NCBI RefSeq assembly: GCF_009914755.1
Contig: NC_060933.1
Reading direction: 5' to 3' (one strand)
DNA length: 64,000 nucleotides
Source: the human T2T-CHM13v2.0 reference genome, Homo sapiens
Position 1 is the first letter of the stretch. Each line of letters opens with the position of its first letter. The notes under the pieces were generated by a model. The model was not told the origin of the DNA, did not search any database, and saw nothing but the letters and a program-made list of their open reading frames with translations. Positions 1 through 13,607 of this stretch are shown here, one piece after another. Both the position numbers and the translations under genes were made by a program.

Positions 1-423
1 CTTCCTCTTCTCCCGCCATCACTCTGTCCCAGCTCGTGCTTCTCTGAACATGCCAGGCATGGTCCTGCCTCAGGGCTTTTGCCCCAGCTGTTCCCTCCAC
101 CTGAATGGCTGTTTCCCCAGAAATGAGCCTGACTCACCCCTCTCCTTCAAGCCTTTGCCTAAAAATCACCTTCTCAATGAGGCCCCCAGCCCACCCTAGT
201 TAAAACTGCCCCCTCACACACCCTAACCCCTCCTATGTTCTATTTGCTCCACCTCATTTATCACTGATTTTATTTATCACCTATTCATCTATTTTATTTA
301 TTGTTTTTCATCTGTCTTCCCCCCATCTGATTGTAAGCTCTTTGGGGGAAGATCTTTCTGGTCTATTTTGTTTAATATCAGCGCCTTCCCCCTTTCCCCA
401 GCACTTAGAAAATACCTAGTACA
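1..423 (+). mobile_element. L2 (LINE2) 3' fragment, interrupted by the Alu at 424 and resuming at ~775-830
   Basis: Typical L2 3'-end wording (catggtcctgcctcagggcttttg..., tgtaagctc..., gtgcttaataaatactggctgaatga). Confidence 0.6.
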
Positions 424-773
424 GGTCAGGTGTGGTGGCTCACATCTGTAATCCCAGCACTTTGGGAGGCCGAGACAAGCGGATCATTTGAGGTCAGGAG
501 TTCGAGTCCAGCCTGGCCAACATGGCGAAACACCGTCTCTACTGAAAATACAAAAACTAGCTGGTGTGGTGGCACGCACCTGTAATCCCAGCTACTCAGG
601 AGGCTGAGGCATGAGAATCACTTGAACCCAGGAGGCAGAGGCGGAGGTTGCCGTGAGCCGGGATCATGCCACTGCACTTCAGCCTGGGAGACAGAGCGAG
701 ACTCTGTCTCAGAAAACAACAACAACAACAAAAAACAACAACAAAAACAAAACAAAAGAAACAAACAAAAAAA
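424..773 (+). mobile_element. Alu (S-type) with CAA-rich tail
   Basis: Dimeric Alu; TSD ctagtaca on both sides. Confidence 0.93.
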
Positions 774-1781
774 CTAGTACAATGTAGGTGCTTAATAAAT
801 ACTGGCTGAATGACTAATGGAATGAATGAACATAAAGCACTTAGGACAGAATTAGGCAGGCGGTAAACCCTCAATGAATGTTAGCTATTATTATTACTGT
901 TAGTGATTCTTCAAAGTGAGGCTCCCATGTCCCTCCTCCTTGACTTCTGCAAGCTCATAATCACACCTTCCTTGTCCCCACCACACCCTGCCAATCTCTC
1001 AATTATAGTAAGGAGCACACCGCTCTTTAAATACCTGTATATCTTTTTCCATTTAGGCTGAACCAAATGAAATTGCCATTTCTTGTAAGTCAAAAAAAGT
1101 CACATACTGGCCGTTTCATGTGGTTTAACCTAGTAAGTTTCCCATAGCAGCCTGCAGACCCCCAGGAGGCACAGTTTGACCACAGAAGCAAAGTCACCTA
1201 CTCCTGGCCCTTTAGACCAGGTGTGATTGCAAAGCACGTCCAATCTGTTCTGAAGGAGGCAAGGCATGGATTATAGACTTAAAACACAAGAAGATTCTGC
1301 TGAATTATTTTCTGGACCTCCTGAGATTTGGCAGAGAAGATAAAAACACACCAACTTCTAAAACGATCCAGCTTCTGGCCATTTTGAAATAGCAAAGGTT
1401 TAAGGCTGAAACCCCTCGGTGGGGAGCTAGCTACCTGCCTCTAAGGGGATTCATTTAATGAATCTCCTTCCAATCTCGGCTTTGCTACTGAGATTTGTTC
1501 ACTCTAAGAGGTTGGCTGTCAGAGCTCAAACAAATTCAGCAACTGCTGAGTCTACCCCCATTTCACAGATGGAGAAAGTGAGGTCCAGAGAGGGGAACGG
1601 ATCGGCCCAAGGTCACACAGTAGGGAAGAGGAAGACTTCAATCTGGAATCTATGTCTGCTGACTTTAGTCTCATGGTCTTTCTTCTGGATTAAACTGTTT
1701 CTATGCTGGCCAGACTCCGGTAATGTAAGCTTCAGTGCCACTATTTTTTAAGCTGTATTTGTCAAATGAAATGTTTATTAA

Positions 1782-2125
<344 letters not shown>

Positions 2126-4099
2126 AGAAGACAACTTCTTACAAATAACAGCACTACATATGTCTCTCTCCCTAGTTACTTCCTTAGGATAAAGTCCCCA
2201 AAGTAGCCGGCTAAGGGCAAAGGGCAAATATGATCATTTTCATGATAACAGGCTGCCAGGTTGCTCTGCAAAATTAAATGCCACAGGCGAATCCCTATAG
2301 CCTTGCCAGCACAGAGTTTCATCTTTTTATTTTTATTTTTGCTAATTTTACAGGAATAAATACAGACTGCTTTCATTTATTATATGTTATGTGTTTTTTT
2401 GGAGAAAAAAAGGCACTCCAATCTTGGAATCAGGATCCCTGGGCTCGGTTGCTGGTTTGCTGTGTGACCTTTGCCCAGTCACATCCCCTCTGGCGACAGG
2501 GGATGCCTATCTGTAAAATGAGGGGGTTGAATGAGACGACGTCTGAAGGCTCCTTTCAGCTCAGACATTCCATGATTCCATGGTGCATTTAAAAAGTATT
2601 AGCAATTAAAGTCATAGCATGACTTTTTAATAACCAGAATCTGCCATGCTCCTAAATCAGGCCAAAAAGGCTTGAATTAGGCAAGCAGGAAAACAGGGCC
2701 CAGATTATACATGTGTCGAGATGACAGGAGACCCAGGTAGCACTTAAGCCTGTGCGTCGGAGCTGGGCTCATGGGCCAGCACATATACTTTGCCTGCTTT
2801 TACGAGGGGATAATAACACTCATTTGTGGTCCAGCTCCCAGTCCTGTGCAGCTCCACCATGGCCGCAGGGCAAGGTCATAGGCACTACTTCAGCCCTAGA
2901 ATTCCATAGACTTTCAGTCCAAGGTAGCTCACCCCCAGGTTCTGCTTGAATACCTGTGATGACAAAGAGCTCACTACCTGTCCAGGGGCCTCCTGCCCTC
3001 TTTTGGCTGTTAAGAAAATCCCTGGGTGCAGGGCAGGTCATGAAGGGGACAAGAAAGACCAGGAGGCTGAGAAGTGATTCCTAGAAACTGCTCCCTCAAA
3101 CAGGGCAGGCATCAGGGAGGTGGAGAAGAGGCCCCATGGGGCAGGAAAGGCCTGCAGAGGGGCTCCGGCTCTCCTCACTCCGGACCTCTCAGACGGTCCC
3201 CAGGAGGGGCAGGAAGCTGGGGAGACACATTCCAGTCCTGATGCACAGGTGGGTTCTGAACAAGCCCCAGGAAAGCGGAGGCCCCACAGCCTGCTCCAGG
3301 GCAGACACCTCGGCTCCCTCTTCTTGCCTTGGCTCCCTGGGATCTGATGGGAGAAACTGCTGGGCCTGGGGCTGCTGGGTCTGGAGATGAGCATATTTAA
3401 GGGACCTGACCACTGCCCCAGGGTGAGGGAGGAAGGGTCAGAGGTTGTTTGTGTGTCCAGAGCAGGACCAGCAGGAGAGGCAGTGACTGGGTAGCAGATT
3501 CCAGCTTGGTTTACAACTAGTGAGATTCCTATCACAAGGAGTGTGCAAGGGGGCAGCAAGACCTTCCAGAGGGGATCTTACAGAGGGGCTGGGCCAGATG
3601 CCATAGGTCTTCTTTACCTAGGGAGCCTGGGACCACAGTCCCTCAGACCTGTGCTCTGCCCCATCCCTTAATGCCACGCGGACACAGCACCTTGGCACTG
3701 TCACCCCTCTGAGGTCCAGGCGTGGCCGCCAGTCAGCCCTTGTCACACCAGCTAGTGTGTGTCACACCTTATCACACACTAGCTCTGGGACACAGAGCTA
3801 GGCACCAGCACCTGGCCCGGGTGGGGAAGGGGAAGGAGCTATCCTATACCACTCTCTAAATCGAGGTGCCTACGTGGGGCTGGTCCAGGCAGTCGTGCCG
3901 CCAGGAGTCCAGCCACCTCCAACCTAGGGCTCCTCCAGCCCCAGACGAGTAAACCCTCTTGGCGGGCCGGCTGATGCCCCACATGCACGCCCAGGCCGGC
4001 TTGGCGGGGACCCGGGGATGCCCCCCACCCCACCGTTTCCTGTACCAGGAAGCTGAGGCCCAGCAGGTAACGCAGCCAAGAGGGGGAGGGTCCCGACAA

Positions 4100-5200
4100 G
4101 AGTCCCATGGAGCACCCGGGCCACAGCAGGGGCCTGTCGGGACCGGCTGGCCGCGCCCAGAGTGAGCTTCCCTCACCGCGGGCAGGAGGGGTGGGCGGTG
4201 CAGACAGTGCTCATGAGGGCAGCGAGCCGTCGGGAGCCCGGACCTCGAGGCGGCCCCTCCCAACAACCCCGCGAGAAGGGGGCCACCAATGAGCAAGCTA
4301 TCCTGACGGGGAAACTGAGGCCTGGAGAGGAGCAGTGCTTTGTGCAAGGTCACGCAAAGGGGCTGAAAGCCAGGTCCCCCGCGCTCCGAGCCCCGCATCC
4401 CTCCCTCTCCGGGAGCTGCAGCCGGGGGGGCGCAGCGCGCACGTCCCGCCCGACGCCCCCATCGCGCAGACCGGGAAGGCACGGCCGGCGGCGCAGGGCC
4501 GCCCTACCTTGATGACTGCCGCGCAGGTGGCGGTGGCGGCGGCGGCGTCCAGCTCCGGCTCCGCGCTCCTCGCCGCCCGCCGACTCCCGGCGCCCAGAGC
4601 CGCCGCCGCCTCCCCCTGCAGCCCGGCGGGCGGGGCCGGAGGGCGGGGCGGGGGCCTGGCCCAAGGTCCGCCCTCTCGCCCGCCCCGCGGGTCCGCCCTG
4701 GCCACCCTTTTCCGCCCCCACGACCCCGACCGCGCTCCTGGCTCCCCGGGGCGGGTCTCGGGGCGCGCACACGTGCTGGGAACAGGCGCGCACACGCCGC
4801 AATGATTGGGGCGGGCTGCCGGCCACCAGGCGGAGGCTGGGGACAGGCAGAGCCGCGGGCCCCACGTCGCGCCGTGCCCTCGCTGCGTGGTGTGGGATGA
4901 GGAACCTGACCTCCCGGAGCCTCAGTTTCCCCCGTTGTGAAATGGAGACAGTAACCGCGTCGGCCTCTTAAGGCTGTTTGAGCCCTGGATGTGACGATCC
5001 CGGCCGGGTACAGTGCGCGCGCCGAGCCCGGCCAGGGAAGCGCTCCTTTCCCCGAGCAGTTACAGCGGTTACCGAGGCTTCCCCGTCCGCAGGGAGGAGA
5101 GGAGCCGGGAGCGCCGCTGGGAACCGAGGAGGACGCCCTTCCTTCTCTCGGGACCAGCCGGGGGCGCTGCTGCCAGCCTCGCTGGCTGGAGAGCCCTGAG
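4100..5200. promoter_or_regulatory. CORO2A: CpG-island promoter (probably CORO2A, minus strand)
   Basis: Very GC- and CpG-rich block; GC boxes (gggcggggcgggg at ~4641-4654); CCAAT box on the minus strand (gattgg 4804-4809); no TATA seen; a splice donor lies within it. Gene assignment comes from remembered gene order (CORO2A lies just 3' of TBC1D2 on the same strand). Confidence 0.8.
4508..4585 (-). other. CORO2A: First exon (no AUG) of CORO2A; intron 1 runs off the left edge
   Basis: Minus strand reads AGTCGGCGGG...GCAGTCATCAAG|GTAGGGC, with the donor GT at 4507-4506. The TSS position is approximate. Confidence 0.72.
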
Positions 5201-5866
5201 GACACTAGACAATGGGGAGGCCCTACCTTTGGGTACCACCCCCACCTAACACTACTGAGCCACGCACTCCTCTAAGCGCCTTCTGTGCATTACCTCGCTT
5301 CACTGTCACACAGGCCTATGAGGTTGATACCATTACTCACCTATTTAACACAAAAGAGCTGAGGCACAGAGATATTAAGTGCCTAGGTTAAGATCACCCG
5401 GCTAGTCATGCAACCCCAGGCAGTATGGCTCCCACGGCTACTAAGCTAACAGCCACTCCACTCCACACCACGTCTGTGAAGAGCTCTTGGTTTTGTTCAG
5501 TAGAGACGGGTTATCTTGAGGGCCTTGAACTGCTCCGTGGCACATAGTAACCACTCAATATATAGTTGTGGAGTGGATAACAGAGTACACTGTTACTACT
5601 TTACATATCTGTATCGTTTCTTCTAAGCTTCTAATAATAGTGGCTTTATTTAGCCACTATTATTACCTCCATTTTACAGATAAGAAAACTGAGGCTTGGA
5701 GTGGCAAGGTACTTAGGGAGCTCTTGATTCTCTCCTTAGAATGTGACTCAGCTTCCATAGTCCACTGTACCACCCCCCTGCCCAGAGCTGGACGGGCTCC
5801 CTGCCTACCACCCAAAGCCCAGTGTGCACTATGGTCCTGAAAACCCCATCCTACAGCTCTGATTCA

Positions 5867-6250
<384 letters not shown>

Positions 6251-6372
6251 ACAAACATATGGATGAAATCAGAACATTGTGGGAATTCTTTATAATCATG
6301 GTTTGGTTTTTACTTGAATTACAGCTGGACGGTGGGCACCATGATCTTTCCCAGGCTAAGGCATCTGAATAA

Positions 6373-6670
6373 CTTTGTTGTTGTTGTTTTTGCATGGTTT
6401 TGTTCTGTCGCCCAGGCTGGAGTGCAGTGGCACAATCCTAGCTTGCTGCAGCCTCCACCACACAAGCTCAAGCAATCCTCCCACCTCAGCCTCCCGAATG
6501 GCTAGAACTACAGGTGCGTGCCACCATGCCCAGCCAATTTTTATATTTTTTGTAGAGATAGGGTTTCGCCACGTTGCTCAGGCTGGTCTCCAACTCCTGG
6601 GCTCAAGCAATCTGCCTGCCTTGGCCTCCCAAAGTGCTGGGATTACAGGTGCGTGCCACCACGCCTGGCC
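6373..6670 (-). mobile_element. Alu (J-like)
   Basis: Reverse Alu body. Confidence 0.9.
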
Positions 6671-8312
6671 TTGAATGTCTTAATTCACTTAGGGCTTGGG
6701 CCAGCATCTCTGGTGTGGCTTTCTACCTCTGCCAATGCCACTCGCCTTGCACTCTGACATCTCTGAGCCTTTGCTCTGTCTGCAGTTCTCTTCCCAAATC
6801 ATCATCTCCCTTGTCTAAACCCACTCATCCTTCCAGGCCTAGCCTTCCTAGATGTCCTATGGATGTGCCCTCCAAGGCTTGCACCTGCATCTTCCTACCC
6901 TGTGCCATGGTGGTTGGTGGCTGGGACTGTTTGGGGAACAGCTGGTTTGACAGAGACATCTCTGGGGGCTGTGGGCATATGGACCCATAAGCCAGAGGGA
7001 GACCTCTGCAATGAACCTGGGACCCTTCCTGGGGTTGCTGTGGCTGGGGAGTGTCCTCCTCTCTTGCCCCTTCCCTCCCTCTAATCCTGGTCCAGATGCA
7101 GGATTGCACACATGGGGAAACTGAGGCCACAGTGGGCATGACCTACGCAGGATCCCCTAGCTAGAAAACCACATAGCAGATCTGGTTCCAAAGTTGGGCC
7201 CATCTCCTGGCATCTTCTATTAGGCCTTAGTGTGGATTGGGATGGGCCAGGAAACCTCCCTCTTCCTTCCCAGTGCACCCACATGGCTGGCTTTGTTAAT
7301 CTTCCATATGTGGGTAAACATCTTGTGCAGGACCAGAACATATGTGTGTGTGTGGTGGGGGTGGGGGGCAAGTTCTCCATCTATCTGCCCCACATGGAAC
7401 TTTCTGTACGATATGGCCCCATGTCCATGGGGGAGGGGGTTGAGAAAGAATGAGGAGACAGTGCCTGGGGGTTGGGGAGGGGTCTGTGTTTGGAGGATAG
7501 TAGCCTTGAACACGGGCAATCTCTGGAAGTGAGTGAGCACCTCTTATGTTAGGGGTTGTTGGGAGGGGGGCCTTCCACCTCCTTTGACCCAGTCCCTTTA
7601 TTCTTAGGGATGTTGCCCCAGGGAGGTTCCCTGGGTAATTCCCTTTTCCTCTCCTTTAGAGCAGGTCGGACCACAGCTTGCTGGGGGCCTAAGGCCTGGG
7701 GAAGGCATGCTTTGAGCATGAGGTCCTGTCCCCTAGGGTGGGAAGGTGGGGCTGAGAGGGATCGGATCCTCCAGCCCTGGAAGGCAGCAGCCCCAGGGGA
7801 AGGGGGCAACAGCTGTGGTGCGGGCCAGGAACCTGACACCAGGAGTGGGCCCCAAACACCCTCCAGAAAGAGCAGGGAAGGGCAAGCAGGCGCCCCAGGG
7901 GCAGCAACAGCAGGCACAGATGCTCTGGGGTGGGCCCACCAGTCCCTGCTCAGCCTCCTTGCCATGTGGGTATCATGCTTCTCTTGTTGTCTCTGATGAA
8001 GGGGAGAAATAGTGCTACAATCCCAGCGTGAGGCAACCATGAGGAAATTCTTCCTCTAGTTTTCCTTGGCTTAGAACTATCTTCTGAGGGTATCCCCAGG
8101 AGGCCACAGGCCAGGCATGCCCCTTCCCTAGGTCCTTGGGGAAGGTGTTCTAGGTTCCACAGGTGGGTTAAACTGGGGGAGTCCTCCCTGGCTTTGCAGT
8201 AAGGGCTCTAGGCTTGAGCATGGCTCAACCAGTGGCTGTGTCACTTTGGATAGGTTAGCTAATGTCTCTGAGCCCTGTCTACTCGTTGGTAACCTGAGCT
8301 TGGCCTGGGTGA

Positions 8313-9160
<848 letters not shown>

Positions 9161-9352
9161 GGGCTGCCATTTATCCAATAGCCCCTGTGCCGGTTGCCTG
9201 ATTCTTTTTTGATTGTTGTTGCTGAAGAGGGAATGTGAATTTCAAGGCTAAAGGCAGAGGGACCGCCTGGGCCAGAGCTCCCAGGCAGCCTTGGGGCTTT
9301 TGCAGGCCTCAGGGCCCTGCAGGTGGTGTTTCCTTCGTAAGACGGCTGCTCA

Positions 9353-9648
9353 GGCCGGGTGCGGTGGCTCACGCTTGTAATCCCAGCACTTTGGGAGGCT
9401 GAGGCAGGCAGATCACGAGGTCAGGAGATTGAGACCATCCTTGCTAACATGGTGAAACCCTGTCTCTACTAAAAATACAAAAATTAGCTGGGCGTGGTGG
9501 CGCATACCTGTAATCCCAGCTACTCGGGAGGCTGAGGCAGGAGAATCGCTTGAACCAGGGAGTCAGAGGTTGTTGTGAGCCGAGATTGCGCCACTGCACT
9601 CCAGCCTGGCAGCAGAGGGAGGCTCCGTCTCAAAAAAAAAAAAAAAAA
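9353..9648 (+). mobile_element. Alu
   Basis: Full Alu; TSD ggctgctc. Confidence 0.93.
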
Positions 9649-10959
9649 ATAGGGCTGCTCGTTCCCGTCGGTGGCACTTTCCTCTGTGCCAGGCTCCAGG
9701 CTCTGCACCAGTTTACCTGCTTTAGCCCTCCTGGGAGCCCCATGGGGCTGGACCTCTCATCATCCCGATGACCAACTTAGGGGCGCAGTATCTAGCTTGT
9801 CCAGGGTGCAGCTGGGACCCCCAGGCCGCCCTCATGCCACCATCACACTTCATAAACAGTTTGGTGCTGAAAGGGCCTTAGCGAATGAAAAAAGTTTAGC
9901 AATGAGAAAGGCAGTCAAGCCCCAATGCAGGGTGTTCACAGAAAAGTGGAGCCCTCGGGCCAGCCAGGAGCCCACGTGGACAGGGAGGAGAGGAACCCTG
10001 AGCGTCTCCTCCCTGAGGCTGCACAGGCGGTGCAGTGTAGGGAACTGGGAGCCTGGTGGGCCAACCCCTCAAATTCACACCTGTGGGTGACAGTGGGGCT
10101 AGGGACCAGCCAGGGCCACCACGGGGCCCGTCCATGGTCCCCAGTGATGGGGAAAGTTTCCTCCCCAGCCTGGATGGGAGCCTCAGATCAGAGCCAGGAG
10201 GTTCCAGGGCAGCGTCCCCTAATCCTCGGTGGTTTTCCAGAGAGGAGGCTTCCATGTGAGAACCCCCAGTCCTTCATACCAAAGACAGCCAACTCAAGGC
10301 TAGGCCAGCACAGACACAGGTTTTGCTGAGAAATGAGTTGCCAAAGTCACTGGTATGGCCTTGACCCCCTGCCTCGGGTGGGGACAGACTGAAGCCTCTA
10401 TTTGCTGAGGAGGGACCTGGAGGAGGCTGACGCTGGGTTGGGGCCACGGTGGGTGCTGTGACGAGCCAGCCCTGGCTTGCGCTGCAGCAGTCCCTACTTC
10501 CCACCTTCTCCCATCCTCCCAACCACCCATTTTTCAGAGGAGAGGTAACCCTCCGTGCCCCAGCCTGTGAAGTGGGCAGTGGGAGGTCACAAGTGGGGCA
10601 CCTGACCCAGGGCTCTCTGCCCAACCCCCACACCAAGTTCCTGGTGGTGGTGCACAGGGGGTTTCCCTGGGATCCCCCCAAAATGGGCTGTGAGCAGAAA
10701 GGAGGGCACAGGGGCCGGGCTTTGGAAACAGGCTTCAGTACACGGAGAGCGTCCCGGAATGCAGACCCAGGCAGTATTGAAAAGGAGCTGCTACCCAGAA
10801 AGACAAAACCCTAACATCTCAGGGAACCAGGCAGGGGCTGGCCCTGCAGACGCTCACAGAAATAGCAGCCAGAGATGCCCTAGGCTGGAAGCCTGGTGGT
10901 GGCACACCCTGGCACCGTGGGCCCATCCAGGAACAACTGGTAACTGAGAACTGTTTAAG

Positions 10960-11323
10960 TTCCAAAGCTTATGAATGATTTCCACCATTTACATTGTTTT
11001 ATATTGATATAACCTAGAGAATGTTCCAGGTTACCCTATAGAGGCAGTGCTCTTGCTTGTTTACATGCCAAAGTGCTCTGTGGAAGAGGTGACGAAAGGG
11101 TGGCATCCCTGGGTAAGTAAGTGCCTATGAAGAAGTAGCCCAACCAATGGCTTTGCAGCACACAATGTCCCAGTGGGGAAACTGAGGGCCAGAGAGGGGA
11201 AGGGACATGTCCAAGGTCACATGGTGATGGGACACCCAGGGCTGGGCCACTGGTCCGTGCCTGACCTCCAGTGGGTCTGCCAGCCAAGGGTGAGGAAGGC
11301 TGTGGGGAGGGGAGGTGGCCAAG
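10960..11323 (-). other. TBC1D2: TBC1D2 3' UTR (includes a MIR fragment at ~11165-11250)
   Basis: Sequence after the stop codon; the 3' end is inferred from the variant poly(A) hexamer and is approximate. Confidence 0.7.
10998..11005 (-). terminator. Putative non-canonical poly(A) signal (overlapping AATATA/TATAAA)
   Basis: Minus strand CAATATAAAACAATGTAAA in the only AT-rich patch after the stop codon; no AATAAA or ATTAAA seen nearby. Confidence 0.6.
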
Positions 11324-11531
11324 TCAGGCTTCCCCCTCCACCTCGTCCTCGCTGGCACAGCCCTCGGACACAGCTCTGCGCCGGGATGCCCGCCTCTCCA
11401 GGTACTCTGCCTTAAGCTGCTCCAGCTCCCGCAGCTCAGCCTCCAGCCGCTCCCGGTGGACCATGCGCAGCTGCCGCAGCTGTTTCATGCGGAAGGGGTT
11501 CATGTCATTGAAGGCGATGTTCATCAGCTTC
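11324..11531 (-). CDS. TBC1D2: TBC1D2 exon 13, coding part (KLMNIAF...EVEGEA*)
   Basis: tcccag|G; TGA at 11326-11324; the frame closes correctly across all 12 exons. Confidence 0.96.
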
Positions 11532-12195
11532 CTGGGAGGAGGGCACAATCAGCCCAGAGCACGTCACCCCACCTGGCCGGCGTTTACCCGGCTCTCCCAG
11601 ACAGACATCCCCGCATTCCTTCTGCCTTTGTGGCTGAGCCCTGACCCCTGCCCTCAGGAGGAAACAATGAATAAGATGATTTCCACCCACAGAGATATGT
11701 ACTGAGGCAGGAGGAAGATCAGAAGAAAGACACCTAACCCAGCAGGGAAGGGCTGGTCAGGGAAGGCTTCTTGGAGGAGGTGACCCACGTGTGAGCTGAG
11801 TTTTAAGGAATGAATAAAAGGTGACCAGGCAAAGAAGATAGTGGTGGTGGAAGTGGCAAGGAGGCATTCTAAGTAAAAGAAACTGCAAGAGCAAAAGCCC
11901 AAAGGTGGGGTTGTCCTAGGAACTCGTATAATTCTGTTTTCCAGGATCACTGGCCATGGGTGTTCAGGGTAGGGGAAGGTGGGCAAAAAATGAAACTCCA
12001 TGGAGGCCTCAAATGCCATGTTAAGGGGGCAGACATATCACTCAGACAGTCAGACTTCCCCAAAGATTTCTAAGCTATAATACGAGCATCAGCGTCACTT
12101 ACCAATCTCTACTTGGCAAACATCAGCCTCCCCTCTGCTATGTGTCCTTGGGGGTGTGTGAGTGGTGGGAGTGGCAGGGGGTGGGGGTTCCTCAC

Positions 12196-12317
12196 CGGCT
12201 GTTGGAGATGGTCTTGGTGAAGAAGCGCAGGTACTGGTAGATTTCCAGGCCATTCTGTAGCCTCAAGATCTCCTTCTCGTTGTACTTGAAAATGGCCAAG
12301 GCATAGCGAAACACCAC
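12196..12317 (-). CDS. TBC1D2: TBC1D2 exon 12 (VVFRYALAIF...TISNS)
   Basis: cccccag|GTG ... CCG|gtgagg; 122 nt. Confidence 0.95.
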
Positions 12318-12676
12318 CTGGGGGTAGAGTGGGGGCTCAGGTAGGGCATGGGGGGGCCAGGCAGGTCATCCCCGGAGGGAGGGAACCTGACAGACTTGGG
12401 CAGTATGGAAGACCCTGGACTGGCTGCGGAAGTTGAGGCCTGGAGGCACAATGTGTGGGGATGGGCTCCAGGGGGCTGGGGGAGACTGAATACCCCGGCG
12501 GGGTGGTGGGGGGGCGGGGGAAGGGACGCACAGCTTGAAATCTGGGGATTTGGACAGAGTCCTGGCTCTAGCCTGTCTTGTCCCATGACTGTGGGTGAGG
12601 CACGGCCCCTGTTGAATCTCATGGAGTTAATCTGTATCTTTACGTGGGGCTTTGGCAAGAACCAGATGAAATGACA

Positions 12677-13066
<390 letters not shown>

Positions 13067-13421
13067 TCAGTACAGAGCTGGGTCCAGACCTGAGCTCCGA
13101 TCTCTTAATCCAAGGTTTAGTCCAAACAGGAGGAAGAAAAGGAGGGCCCAGGTGACTAGGGGGCAAGGACAGCATAGGGATGTGCCTCTCTGATCATGCT
13201 CACACCTCCTCTCCACGGAAAGGAAATCCCCCAACTTCAGAGGCAGAACCACTACTTCTCATACATGCAAAGCATTTTGCAGTTGACAATGCTCTCAGGA
13301 GACGTTCAACAGCCCTGACAAGTAAGCATTGTCTTCCCATTCTCCAGGGGCAGAGTCAAGACGCAGATGGGTGAAGGGACTTGCTCAGGGGCCCCCTGCC
13401 CATCCCCTGGCTGCACCCTAC

Positions 13422-13607
13422 CTTCGTCCCCTCGTACAGGAAGGCATCCCAGACCCGAAGGAGGATGTTGCTAATGAGACTGTCCGCAAAGACCACGAGG
13501 AACCAGTTGAAGGTGACGAGGGAGAGATCCACGTGGTGCTGCCCCAGATGGGCCATCAGCCTGGGCAGCTTCTCCGAGAGCAGGTCCTGGAGCACCCGCT
13601 GGTCCAC
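13422..13607 (-). CDS. TBC1D2: TBC1D2 exon 11 (VDQRVLQ...LRVWDAFLYEGTK)
   Basis: ttccag|GTG ... AAG|gtaggg; 186 nt; TBC motifs WF and RVWD. Confidence 0.96.

Noticed and set aside
3839-5275. Long overlapping ORFs (up to 233 aa) on both strands
   Set aside because: Expected from stop-codon scarcity in a CpG island; Pro/Gly/Arg/Ala-rich with no recognisable domain
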